A DNA stretch of 60,662 bases, filler included, from Platydemus manokwari (GCA_037951405.1; 6 parts of 6 records of this genome joined end to end with filler, not necessarily neighbours in it); one strand, 5' to 3'. Shown: positions 26,801-39,311, counted from the first letter of the whole stretch. The notes: a model not told the origin generated them from the letters alone. A program made the numbers and translations.

Positions 26801-29067
26801 GTCGGATTATATGAAAGTTTATCATTGCGAACAGGTTTCGGTGTAGAACATTGTCGTATATTTATAAAATTTAATCGTTACTGAATCGATAAGTAAAAAG
26901 GAAAGATGTTACGAGGACCTTTTTCTGACATTTAATTGAATTTGAATTAAAATGATAAAATCCTACTCCATATTCCCGTTTGGTGAAAAGACCAAAATAG
27001 GTAAAAGATAAAATTGAATGGATTATTTATCATCAAGAAGTATCGAGGAAGTTTAATATTATCTGATTTCAATAGTTGTTTAAACAGATTCATAATCTAT
27101 GATCTATCACTTGGTAAATTAATAAGAGAAATGACTTATAATTATATAATATAACATTAAGCGATGCATGGACTGGTGTTTGTAATAATCAACAAGTCTT
27201 ATCTTTGTGCATTTTCCTATTGAATTTTTATAAATTAACCCAACAGTTTGGCATGTTTAAACAATCGAAACAACAATCAACTGAAAATTGCTTATAAAGA
27301 TAATTTCTTTATAATATAGGAGAACTTTGTATTTGCTTGGTTATATATTTTGGGTTTAATTGATGTCCATTTCTTTGTGATGGAATTTATAGATTCAAAT
27401 CAACAATTTATTATTGATGACTTTTTCTTTTATTTAATGTAGCCTAGTATTTGATGATTCCACCAAGGATCTAATTATTAAATAATCAGATCAATGGCTT
27501 TAGTGTAATTAAATATGGTCTAATGAATAATATATAGCAATAAGAAAAATATAATAAATATATATTCAATACACCACAGATTGACAAATGTATTGATGGT
27601 ATTGAAGTTAAAAGCAGAGGTGTGGTGACATGAAGGATATGAAAAATCGACAGAGAAAATCAAGCTTGAGAAAACAAAACTTGATAAAGTAACCATAGAA
27701 TCTGATTTTAAGCTCGCAAAATTCCTTTGAACTTTGTTTAGTGGTTACTTCTAAATGTATAGCGAATCTCATTCGCAGCTATTTACTACATGAACGTGGT
27801 GATTTGTATTTAAATATGAAAAATATTAGATATATTTAACAAAAATATTTAAAATTAAAAACTATTATATTTTAAGATTCGGACTAGAGCAATATCTTGC
27901 AAACAAATGTCGATGATTAATCCACTCCAATTACTTATTTTTGGTTCTCGTAAAGTTATATTCAAAAATAATTTGATTGTCATCGATGATTGGTTGACAT
28001 TAGATATGGATTTTGAACTTGCAGCCGAAATCTTAGCTTTGAGACCAGCTTTAGAAGGATTAATGGTTAAAGTTTGTATGGATCCGGGTATGATAATGAA
28101 TCCCGATGAAAATGACAGCCAAATAATAAATATTGTCACTCATCTAAGTCAGCTTAGCGTTTGCATTGGCGGAAACACCAAAAATGTACCAGATTTTAGA
28201 AAAAGAAAACCTTATGGAAATCTATATCAAAAACCAGAAGTTCCACAAAAATTTCGAGCCGTTGATAAAGCAGGCTCAAACATGTTTGAAAATAGAGTTC
28301 CTTCTCAATTTAGTCGACAAAGCTCTTTTGAACAGAATTGTATGTTGGGAAACAATAACACGGTTGGAAATTCATCTCCTAGGAATTTAGAAACAATGCA
28401 ACAATGGAAACAAATTGTAAACAATAAAATCCCCAATATTTCTAATCCAAACTCTTCATTTATTAAGAACCGATTTGTTCGACAAGACTCCAATTGTAAT
28501 TATGGTGAAAATTTGAATGAATTCAGTGGTGATACATTTCATCATGATTTTTCAAGAACTAAAACAAATTATCCGAGTTTTTCAAGCATCGATCAAGAAT
28601 TCACGAATTTCGGAAATAATAACCGCAACAACACCAATTACGATATAATGAAAAATGAAAGCTTTGAATGCAATGATAATTTCTATCAAGGATTACCTTC
28701 ACGACAACCGACACATTTCAAGCAACCATATTTAACACATAGAAAACCTGGATATCCAATTGTAATTCCCAATAATACCAAATCTTCTAATGATCATTCA
28801 ACTCGAAATATTCCAAATAAAAATGTCAGCAACACATATAATACATTAAGCACAGCACAAAACAAAAATCACGGCAATTTTCAGGGACCAGAACCAGAAA
28901 AATCTTGGTTAATCAACTATTATCGCGGGAGAAGATCATATAATAATAATAATAATAATGAACACACATCGGTTAATGTCACGGTTCCTGGTTGTGGTAA
29001 CATTGACGATAACGACGTCTCTCAAATATCATCGCCATCTGAATCCAATTTAGGTTTTTTAATTTAA
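23818..29067 (+). CDS. DHX9: ATP-dependent RNA helicase A (DHX9/maleless), 5'-partial; exons 23818-23974, 24019-24259, 25024-25978, 26026-26286, 27877-29067
   Basis: GT-AG introns with consistent phase give 2805 nt. Motifs: MSAT (III), GRTFPV, FLPGW (IV), [11 protein letters not shown] (V), the DHX9-specific [32 protein letters not shown] (VI), and HA2/OB-fold [20 protein letters not shown]. The dsRBDs and Walker motifs lie beyond the contig start. Confidence 0.96.
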
Positions 29068-30400
29068 TGATTTCTATTTTTGTAAATTTCTAAATAAAGC
29101 TTCAGGTTCAAATGTTAGAAGCCAGACCAATTTTTTGGGTTCCTTACGATATAAAAATTTTAGTAAATATCTTTAATATGCTTTCTGATATTTTGTTTAA
29201 TGCACATTTTAGGAGGAAGAAACCACTGATAATTTCCCAGATTTATCGATGTTTTGTCATGTTAATAATTGTTGGGATGTGTTTCTCATTTGATAATAAT
29301 ATTTATCACATTGTATGTTTTTTGTTGTCTATAATGTATTCTTTTCAAAAATATATTTATTACAAATATTATTTTGATAATTTAATATTTGGAATTAACG
29401 TTGTTTTTTCTTAACCATTCCAATATTAAATTCGTTTTAGGATAATTAGAATATTAAAATTCTTTGATAGTTTTTGAATATTTTCTTATTGATAATTAAA
29501 GCTTTTATTACTCCGTTTTATCTTTCCTTAAAGTTACATGTCTATTTTCTTGACACATTTTTCAATCAGTCGATCCAGTCAACTAAATTTAAGATATAGA
29601 TTGGCTTATAATTGAACTTCTAAAATTGCTTTATTTTTTTTCAAACAAAATGGTTATTTTGGTTTCCATCGATAAACACGATTATTTTCAAAGATATTGT
29701 TTTATATAATAATCGCACGATGAGATTGTGTTTGAAAAGTTAATCAATTGCATCTTAAACAGGTTTTCGGAAGATCGATATTTGTTTAAAATTAGTTTGA
29801 GTAATGAAAGTATTATTAGTATATGAAAATACAAGTACTCTTCGGTATCAAACCCCACTCCAATGTAAAAGAATAATCAATAGATAAAAAGTTTTAGAAC
29901 TTATCAAGAATAGAAAATAAAAATGGAAAACAATAAAATAAAAACAAAAATGACAAAATAGAAAAAAAATATTGAGAAAAGTAGTAATATAAATAAGGAG
30001 GGAAATTAATAAACATGCTCAATACACATAATAACATTATATATTGATTCATTGTATATTGTCAATATGATCGATAATTTTCGAAATGTGTCACTCGTGA
30101 GAAATTATTTAAAATCATCTGTATTTTTCAGTTAAAAAATTGGATTTTGATATTTCCAAACAATTTTCTATTTTTAAATTCTATAACTCAATTTTATTTT
30201 AATGCTATGATATCATCTTATGTAAAATGATGATTAACTTAATCGGTTTAGACTTAGTTCGACCATTTTTGTAATTCATACTAAAATTCAGTAACGAAAA
30301 ATCTTCTAAAACTAAGAGTGGTTGCTTGCTCAAATAAGCTCAACCACGCTACTCAGCAAAACTTGGCTTCTTCGTCACAAGAATAGGATACTTTATTTCA

Positions 30401-30435
<35 letters not shown>
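30401..30435. repeat. (AAT)n microsatellite
   Basis: About 11 perfect AAT units. Confidence 0.9.
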
Positions 30436-30436
<1 letters not shown>

Positions 30437-31269
30437 TTCAATAATTCTAACTGATTATTGGCTCATAATTAATAATTGTATTCAAACTTGTAATAGTTTT
30501 ATTAATAATTATATATTTTTATATATCATTTATTCTTATTTTATGATTCATTTATTGGAGTCCGATTAATTAATAAAAAAAAATAATGTAATTTCCATAA
30601 CTTTACATCAATCCTGATCTATCTGACATTATTAAAGACCCCCAACGGTCGCCCACTATATATTTTATCAAATTTAATTTTAGACAAAACATGTTTCGTC
30701 TCCAGAACAACAATAAAATTTGAAAGGTGTCAAAAAATAAGTCTGCTTTCACGATACATATCAAATAATTATTAAATCATTTTTCATCGACTCAATAATA
30801 CAACGATTGGAATAGCTGATTGGTGCCTGTATCGACAAGTAAATCAACATCTCAAAAATGAGCCGATTTTAATATATACAGTAAATACAATGTCACAATA
30901 TGGACCTGAATGAAATTCTTAATTTATGAGGCATGTGTTGTTTGAAAAATTATATTTTTGTATACAAATTAATTTTTTAATCATTACCCAATAATTTATT
31001 TTTAAATAAATAACAATAAATAAACATTTAAGAACCAGTGGGGGCATAGAACATGTAAATAAATATATTAATAAAATGTCTTGCGAAAAACCATTATAAC
31101 TTCATAATCAAGTCTGCTAACTTGTATTTTACTGAAGGAAAGATTTTGTCATTTTTAAGACAACTCTTCAAATAACTGACTTATTCCATATTATATCTGT
31201 TTATTCTGGACTCATATTGAATGTTCGTATAGATCTGAAAAGGTAAATAAATATTTATCTTAATTTAAT

Positions 31270-31460
31270 TAATGAGAAATATTCTAATCGTTACCTATTA
31301 ATCGAAACAGACACAAGTCAAACAAGCATTTAAACTTGAACTTCGAAAATCTAGTAAGAAAATTTCCTTTGGAAATTAACATCGAAAAAATATTATATTT
31401 CCTATTCAAAAAAATCATGATTTTACAATAAAATACATAAAAGAAAAAACCCAAATGAAC
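31270..31460 (+). mobile_element. Possible very decayed Ty3/Gypsy RNase H fragment
   Basis: RYLLIETD and HDFTIKYIKEK resemble RNase H F.I.TDH and YDFTIKYIKGK. Confidence 0.3.
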
Positions 31461-32542
31461 CTAAAATGAGGATAAACAAAGCTACAAAAGAAATTCTTTT
31501 TCTTCAGAATAATAATAGCGTAGAAGAAGCAAGTTAATTTTGCAAAAACACGAGTAACCAATATCAATTTTACTATAATTGTTCAGCTTGCTTTTTCAAT
31601 ACAATTATTACACTATCTAAGAAAGAACTCTGCAAACAATTTTTAAGCTAAGAAACTTTAGTAAATTGTATTGCAGTCCGTTCTTTTAGAACTGTAGCAG
31701 CTATTTTGAAAATTAATTGTCTTTGACAAGAAATATTTTCGCCACGAAACATTATTCTGAAGAATTACATTTGAATCTTTGATGCTTACATTACTTAGTA
31801 AATTATTTTATTCTTCTACTTCATACACTATTCGTGTAGTCGTACCGTTTGATTAAATGTACAAGAATACGCTTCAAGGGTGTTGCTTTCATTTATTTAG
31901 AGGTTTCTTGAAACACCTGAATATTTTTACTGGATGGTCTTTACTAGGAAATATCTCATGATAACTCATTTGGCTGTGTAAAAATCAATTGGTAATATCC
32001 GGTTATTCAATTCACTTTAGTGATTGTGATTAAAACTTCTAATTCTTTATCTTATACATTATTTTATTATTTAATATTCGTTTTAAATATTATCACATTA
32101 AATAAACAAACGATAACTTGTTAATTTTGAGTCCAAAAAGGTTGTGGTTATTGTGAGAATGTTGAAATTTAATTAAATTTTTAGAGATTTAATTTTAAAT
32201 AGGATTTAAATTTGTATATAATTTAATTTTATATAAAATTGATTGAGGATACACTATACAACAATACAACAACCCAACCCATCACCACAACTTTTATACT
32301 TCTTTTACAATCAACAAACCCCATAAACAGCACCCTATATTACTACAACCAATAAACAGCACTCATACAATCAAACTTATAAGACGTTTCAACCGCTCAA
32401 CCTCAATCAACAATATTTTCGATCACTCATCCATAAATCCATCAATCAATAATGTTAAAGATTGGTGGGTGTTAATATAATAGAGATAAGATCAGATTAC
32501 AAATGCACAATTTGTAAAAAGATATTGATTAACGCTGTAAGA

Positions 32543-32642
32543 NNNNNNNNNNNNNNNNNNNNNNNNNNNNNNNNNNNNNNNNNNNNTTAATTAATTAANN
32601 NNNNNNNNNNNNNNNNNNNNNNNNNNNNNNNNNNNNNNNNNN
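32543..32642. other. Artificial contig-join spacer
   Basis: 44 N + TTAATTAATTAA + 44 N. Confidence 0.98.
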
Positions 32643-34149
32643 ATTTTTGAGTTAAAAATTTTAAGATTTATGAGAACATAAATTTAAAATTATTATCTTG
32701 ATGAGAAGGAATTGGCCACTATGAAAATAGTATAAATAGTTTTTCGGAGAACGAATTAGCAAGAATTTTTAAAAGTATAAAAACTTGGACTTTAAAACTG
32801 AACTGAGAACTATGTCTTGAGTACGTCAACGCTTCAATGAATTATCTATAACCGGTAATTCAATCATTGATTATAGATTTCATTTTAATTTATATTCTGA
32901 TTGTGTTTATAATTAGAGTTTTATGAATAAATATAATAATACATATACAGGTAGTATAAATAAATCTAGAAGTATGTTTAGATAATTTTGAAGGTATTTT
33001 TGTCATTGAAGACTATTTCCAGTGTTTTTAAAGTGGCTTCAATTGCTTAATGTGTAGAAAATATTTTTTAAATATATAATTATAATGTTCTGCAAATCGG
33101 ATTTCGACCTATAACCCAGTTCATGACAGCAGGAATAATAATTATTATTCACCAATAATAATAATCCATCATAATTAATACATCAGTTTATTTGAATATT
33201 TTGGAATATTTTCCCTTGCATATTTTTCAGTTTGTAAATTAATATTAACGAGGTTAAATGTAAGTGATTATTTCAGGTTGATTTGAAGATGACAATAAAC
33301 AGAGATTGATGCATCTTAAAATACATTTAACTTGATTATATCTAAAAATTTTCATTTGTATGTTTTCTGAAAAAGATTTCAATGTAAAAAACAAACATAA
33401 GATAATATTTCAGATTTAAATGAACAGTTGTTTCTTATGGAGACTAAAATGAATTAAGTATGACAAAAATATATTGAATTAAATTTAAAGTGCACAAATT
33501 AATTATGATAAATATTAATTTTGAAAATTTAAAATTATTCTGATCAAGACTGACATTATTTAAACGTCTTTAATGATATTATTTTGAATCATTGAAATAT
33601 TTAGTAAATTTGATCATTTGCGTATTAAAAATTGTATTTTATAACTTATATTAATGAAAAATCTAACTTATATTGGTATCCCTAAAATTCTATTTCTGTG
33701 TCGTTATTTTGGTCAGTAATAGACCTAGGTATTCCAAAACAAAGCTTCATTTTGGAAATTAAATTCTTATTAAAATTGTTTAAAATTATATCTTATCAAT
33801 TTATATTTACCGAGTAGTGAGTGGTGGTCTATGTGATTTCAATCGGCTATTTATACTAGCTCGATCAGAGGGTGCTCTTCATTTTATGCGTTTTTTGAAT
33901 GCTTTTCTTATCACATTTGTTCATATTAATTGTTAATTATTTTTTAATAATTAATTTTATTTATTTTATTACCTCTTCCATGATATTAATCTTTAATTAC
34001 TAATTATTAATAATCATAGCTATAAATATATGTTAGTTTTTAATCATAATCAACAATTATTATAATAATCAAGTAAATAAATCACATAAATATTTGTTCC
34101 ATAAAATCAATGCCTATCAACTTTTCGGATTTCTGTAATTTTCAATCGA

Positions 34150-35513
34150 ACACGAATTGATTCCTTCGCATTTCGAATAAATAAGAATTAACTAATTTGG
34201 TTCTTTTTCTATAGTCAAGGTGGTAAGTCTTATAATTGTAGTGGATAAGATAGTTATGTACAGGTTTATTGTGTTATTTTATTTGTGATGAGTCAAGTAT
34301 TTGTTTTTATTTGCGATACATTGGATGAGTGATCCCAAGACTACTTTGGAGTTTAATAAATCTCGTCCTCGTTGGTTTGGAATATTTTTCGTGGTTTTCC
34401 TCTTACCTTTTCTTGTCATGCCTTCTTTTTGTTTAGCTTTAACCTGAGGAGTGGGATATACCCACGGTATTTCACCATTCGGTTGACATTCGGTGTAGCA
34501 TCCTAGATGTCTTTCTTTTTGTCACGATGTTTATGGTTTCTAAGGCTCCTGAGGGGATTGCATAATCTTTGGTCTTCCACATATCGACTCTTCTATTTCT
34601 TCTTTCAGCCACTCGTTACATAGACTTTACAGCATTTCATGCTCAGACGCATTCTGCAAAGTTATTCCCATATCCAAATTATCCGTTACTTCCATTTGCT
34701 GCTGGTGGGATTTAATTCCACTTTTCTCTTGTTTGGAAACTTTTCTGGAAGGTAGCACGTCTTCCTTAAATGTAATCTTATCATGTAGACCATTTTGATT
34801 CCTTTGATAATTTCTCTTTTAACTCCTTATCTAAAGGGATTAACTTTTATATCCTGTTTGATTTTTCTAGAGAAATTTGCTCTAAGTTTACCTATTGTAA
34901 TATGGCTCTTGCTATTGTTTTTTCCTCATAATTTTTTCCCACTTTTTTATCGGATTGCTTGACACTATCTAATATATCATGAACACCTTATTTCATGATA
35001 TTTCTAATTACTCGGTAATAAACATACTAGTTTTTGCTAGACAGTGACAGTCTTATTCCCATTGATCCTTCTCTCAATTTTTCATTTTTCAGAATTTCAT
35101 GTATGGTGTGCGCACCATCGATGTCTCTGATACCCATTATAATTCGGTGTGTCTAGTGAATTATTTATCATAATGTCCCCTAGCTAATATAGCTTGAACA
35201 TCGGCGTGTATTATGACTAGTTCTATTGCTCTCTGTGGGAATCTAGTTTGTTGGGTATGTCTTTTACCCTAATATAATCTTATATGCCTGTTTTGTTTGT
35301 GTTTCCCTTGATTGTTGTATTCAATTATACCTTTTTAGCGTAGCTTGCTTTTATTTGTTTGATGTTCATTTCTATATTTCTTTTAATATTATAATTGATG
35401 TCATTATGATTTTATGACATTATCTTTAGTCAATTTTCGGCTCTGATCCTCGTTGCTTGTCGATTACTGAGAACGCCGGAGTCATCACCTCTTGCTGCAC
35501 TCAGTTTTTTCAT
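34150..35513 (-). pseudogene. Decayed long ORF of unknown function, probably retroelement-borne
   Basis: Strongly A/purine-biased minus strand with long protein-like stretches broken by stops (MKKLSAARGDDSG..., GIRDIDGAHTIHEILKNEKL, HLGCYTECQPNGEIPWVYPTPQVK). No splice pattern. Confidence 0.45.
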
Positions 35514-35691
35514 TATTATTATTATTTTTTATAGTAAATATTCTTATTTATTATTTGTTGTTATAATTTTAAGTTTCACTCTTACAATTCTTAATTTTCT
35601 TTATCAATATAAATCAATGTTTTACTTAGATAAATATATTCATTGAGTTATATGATTTACAATTATATTGTTTATAAATGACAAATGTGAA

Positions 35692-36060
35692 CTATTTACA
35701 CCTTGCTCTGACTTCCTTATAGTTCTGGCTCAAACATCCCAATGTACGCAATATGTGTTGATCATATAGTCGTTACCGTTCTCGTCAGACATAATTTCCT
35801 GTTAGCACTAATAACGCTAGCATTATGGTTAATATTATCCCTACTATTATGATTAATATTGTTTTCATTGAAAATGATGTTTCTTCTATATTTTTAGACT
35901 TTGTAGTCGTTGCTATTGTTACTTGAATTGTTAATGATCCTTTTCTTGTTGTTTATTCTATTTTTGGTCTTCTGTAATTATAACTTGCTTTTCATGGCGA
36001 AAGGTTTGATTTATTAATTTCTATTTTGTCATAATAGTATTAAATATGTTGAGGGTTTTG
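35692..36060 (-). pseudogene. Decayed Thr-rich stalk + transmembrane + basic tail (env-like C-terminus of a second element)
   Basis: One frame reads TTRKGSLTIQVTIATTTKSKNIEETSFSMK-TILIIIVGIILTIMLALLVLTGNYV*RER*RLYDQ..., the same architecture as 40227-40480. Confidence 0.55.
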
Positions 36061-36109
36061 AGGTTAGTTTACTTATTTTACTGGCTCTTAAGGGGCTTCA
36101 ACAATGGGT

Positions 36110-36797
36110 GTGAAGACCTCGTTATTGGGAGAGTAAGTACAATTGCTATCTAGTATTTTTTATGATGCTATGGTAAGGTGTGCCTTAACAGAGTTATATG
36201 AAATGTGGTATGAGCTAATAACAAAGTAAACCTTACTCCTCTCGGAAAAAACAATATCACAAATAACTCATTTTCTTTTTTCGCCTCCCGTTTGCAATAA
36301 AATGTTTCACTAGGCGATTGGTGTGACTTGGTAATCTAGATGTGTCGTTTACAACGGTGTATTTCCTATTGATTTAATTTCACAATCGAATTGATGCAGT
36401 GATAGCACCTCACTATTCGCTATGCTAATGGGTGGACAGTTCTGATTTCAGCTCGTTATTTATACCTAGCTGTGCCATCTCCCGAACTAATATTTTTGAC
36501 AACATATTCGGGGTTGATGACGGCCTTAACTTGTTCACTTACATATTATAACTTTCTCATTATCATATATATTTGTTGATTTTTGTTCCATTGTAACTCT
36601 TTAATAATTATATTTTATTATTTATTCTATTGTAACTTTTTATAGATATATTTTATTATTTATTCTTTAAATATATTTTTTACATTTTTATCATAGTATT
36701 GTGATTCTTCATAATATTATATATTTTTTTATTACAATTTTATTGTAATTTTGACGTATCATTATTCTTATTTTTATCATTACTAAACTCTGCCAAA
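36110..36797 (-). repeat. Candidate 3' LTR of the env-bearing element
   Basis: Preceded on the minus strand by the purine tract AGGAAACGGAGGGAAAGAA, contains TATAAATA (36464-36457) and ends ...GGTCTTCACA. There is no second copy in the window, so boundaries are tentative. Confidence 0.3.
36427..36464 (-). promoter_or_regulatory. TATA + initiator-like module, copy 3
   Basis: TATAAATA-ACGAGCTGAAATCAGAACTGTCCA-CCCATT has nearly the same spacing (32 vs 31 nt) and the same CAGAACT core as the copies at 37829 and 38712. Confidence 0.5.
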
Positions 36798-37792
36798 TTC
36801 TTTCCCTCCGTTTCCTAACATTATATCATTGACGTGTTTCGTGGTTGCTTGTTTAAATTTCTTATCAGCCCCTGTCTATAATTTATTATGGATCAATTTC
36901 GTCTTGGCCAGTCTCTAAACTCTGATCAACCCACGAATTACACTATGAAATCTTATTCTATATTTTCTGGCCTCGCTGTGAATACTCTATGGAGATTGTA
37001 TGATAGGCAGCAATGATCCTAATACCAAATTTTGCTACAATCAGTCTCAAGTTTAATCGTCCTATACCTATTTTCTATGAAATCATAACTCACAAACCAA
37101 CTAATACCGTTGCTTTTATTGATTATACAAATTAACACTAAATATGTAAATTATTATGTTGCGTTTCGGGCTTGCTAATATAATTTTGTTTAAATCAGTC
37201 TCAATGAAATACTATTATGATTTTGCTCACGGATCACGGCGAGTTCTAATCAAGCCCAAGGTACACCTTAAAACCTTATATTTATTTCTTTTTTTACTTC
37301 GCACTCAAATCTATATGAAGATAGAAATGATTGGCAACAATGATCCAAAAGGGGTAATTTAATCCTATTAGTCTCGATTATTTGATAACTATTTATGCCT
37401 CTATTATCGATCAGCAACGTAACTCCTTCTACAATTAAACGTTTATTAATCTATAAAAGCAAAATTACAGTTTGTTATACTGATATACACCGAAATAAAA
37501 AGTTGGATCAACCGCTAAAAACTACAATTCCAGATGATAGCGGTTAATACGTCCTTCTCTTGGAGTAAAACCAAATACCAAAGATGTTTTTGAGCACAGC
37601 TCTATAATAATATGATGGACGTTACGTACTATAAGTTCAAATCAGTTTGTTACAAAACAATCTAACTCTACTTGAAATGGCAATATGGTATTGGTATGTT
37701 CTGTCGTCGAGCAAATCTTCTAACAATCTTCGAGTAATAAGGCTTAATAGTGGGTTTTCGAACGCACTGTAGTCTAGTGGTTTCGATGAAAT

Positions 37793-37840
37793 AATGGGCG
37801 AGTTCTGGTGTTTCGAACTCCTATTTATGCGGTTTTTATT
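37793..37840 (-). promoter_or_regulatory. AATAAA + TATA-like + hairpin + initiator-like module, copy 1
   Basis: AATAAA-AACCG-CATAAATA-G-GAGTTC-GAAACACCA-GAACTC-G-CCCATT. Confidence 0.5.
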
Positions 37841-37848
37841 CGTCACAC

Positions 37849-38211
37849 TTAAATGCTTAAAATCGCTACTTGATATTTTAATTCCCCGAGGATTTCCCAA
37901 ATATTAACTATTTTCTTTTAACTATAGGATTTTATTGCCAAGGATACTTTTAATATTATTTAAACTCTTTCTTGAATATTATTCCTAAATATTATTTTAT
38001 TATAATTTATCCTTTTGATGCCATTCCAAGTAAACTTCATATAAATTATCTATATATTTTTATAATAATTAATATTTTCATTAGATATTAACCCTTCATC
38101 TGGAATTCATGAACAAAATTTATACAATTGACAACATGACAAATGTATCGAAAAATGATTACTACATCGCTTCAATATTCGGTCTATGTTACTTAAAATA
38201 CATTGATACAT
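37849..38211 (-). pseudogene. Accessory helical ORF, copy 1 (more decayed)
   Basis: Aligns to 38732-39153: MYQCILSNIDRILKRCS...LLGMAS...IVNIWEILGELKYQVAILSI*, with deletions and frameshifts. Confidence 0.5.
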
Positions 38212-38675
38212 TTCAATGTATCAAACCTAACTTTTAGCCGTGATCATAAAAATTGTTACATGATTTTTGTTACATATGTTAGTTGACGCTATTATTATTA
38301 TTATAACTTTTACAACATTCATAAAACTTGGTTTAAATTATTTTTATACATTAATATAAATTACTAAAATTATACATTTATAAACAGCTTAATCACTTTT
38401 AATGGGTTTTGGGCTTGTTAATGGATTTTTTTGTTTTAATCAGTCTCTGTTGAATGTTATTATAATTTTGCTCACGGATCAGAGCTCTATAATAGAATAA
38501 TAAACGATACGTACGATATATTCGGATCAGTTTTTTATACAAAAATCGAACTCACTACTTGAAATGGCAAAATGAAGTATGTTCTGCAGTCGAGCAAATT
38601 CTTCTAACAATCTTCGAGGGATTTGTCTTAATAGTTGCTTCCCAAACGCACTATAGTCTAGTGGTTCCGTAAATT

Positions 38676-38723
38676 AATGGGCAAGTTCTGGTGTTCCGAA
38701 CTTGTATTTATACTGTTTTTATT
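38676..38723 (-). promoter_or_regulatory. AATAAA + TATA + hairpin + initiator-like module, copy 2
   Basis: AATAAA-AACAG-TATAAATA-CAAGTTC-GGAACACCA-GAACTTG-CCCATT, 8 nt downstream of the ORF stop at 38732-38734. Confidence 0.55.
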
Positions 38724-38731
38724 CGCTATGC

Positions 38732-39153
38732 TTAAATGATTAAAATCGCTACATGATTTTTAATTCCCCATGGATTTCCCAAATATTGATTATTATTTCC
38801 AATGAACTATAGAATTTTATTATTAAAGATTTTATAATTTATTTCATGATGAAATTTAAATTCTTTTATTTCATAAACATTATTTCCCTTAATTGTTTAA
38901 TATTATTAATTCTTTCCAAATTTGCTGCCATTTCAAGTAAGATTATCAACATTAAATAATTTTGTAAATTGTCAATATTGTTAATATAATAATTAATTTT
39001 TTCCGCTACTACTTCATCTGGAATTAAATTCATAAATAATTTATAAAAATTGATAAAAATTGATACATTTGACAGCATGTCAATATGTATCGAAAATGAT
39101 TTACTACATCGCCCTAACATTCGGCCAATGTTTCCTAAAATACATTGATACAT
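38732..39153 (-). pseudogene. Accessory ~140-aa all-helical ORF, copy 2 (weak Bcl-2-like resemblance)
   Basis: ORF 38866-39153 continues in frame through two stops to IIINIWEIHGELK, then after a 1-nt shift to HVAILII*. TATAAAAG lies 90 nt upstream (39243-39236) and AATAAA lies just after the stop. Confidence 0.55.
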
Positions 39154-39311
39154 TTCAATGTATCAAAAATAACTATTTAGCCGTATCAATAAAAGTTACA
39201 ATAGTTTTGTTACAAATACTTAACTAGAAAAATTACTTTTATACATTTTTACGCTTTGATTAACTTGTTATAAAAATAAAACACAGAAAAATAAAATACT
39301 AAAGTATTATT

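Larger units (their letters stand above)
37165..39270. repeat. Diverged tandem duplication inside the retroelement 3' region (copy 1 ~37165-38330 with ~390 bp extra, copy 2 ~38400-39270)
   Basis: Shared blocks include TTTTGCTCACGGATCA (37220/38467), CTACTTGAAATGGCAA, TCTTCTAACAATCTTCGAG, GGATTTCCCAAATATT, CTTCATCTGGAATT and TAAAATACATTGATACATTTCAATGTATCAAA. Confidence 0.92.

Noticed and set aside
27855-28493. Alternative-frame and antisense ORFs inside the DHX9 last exon
   Set aside because: They are shadows of the real CDS.
37637-37900. 87-aa ORF as a protein
   Set aside because: The duplicate copy differs by non-triplet indels and the ORF has no ATG. It is better explained as non-coding.
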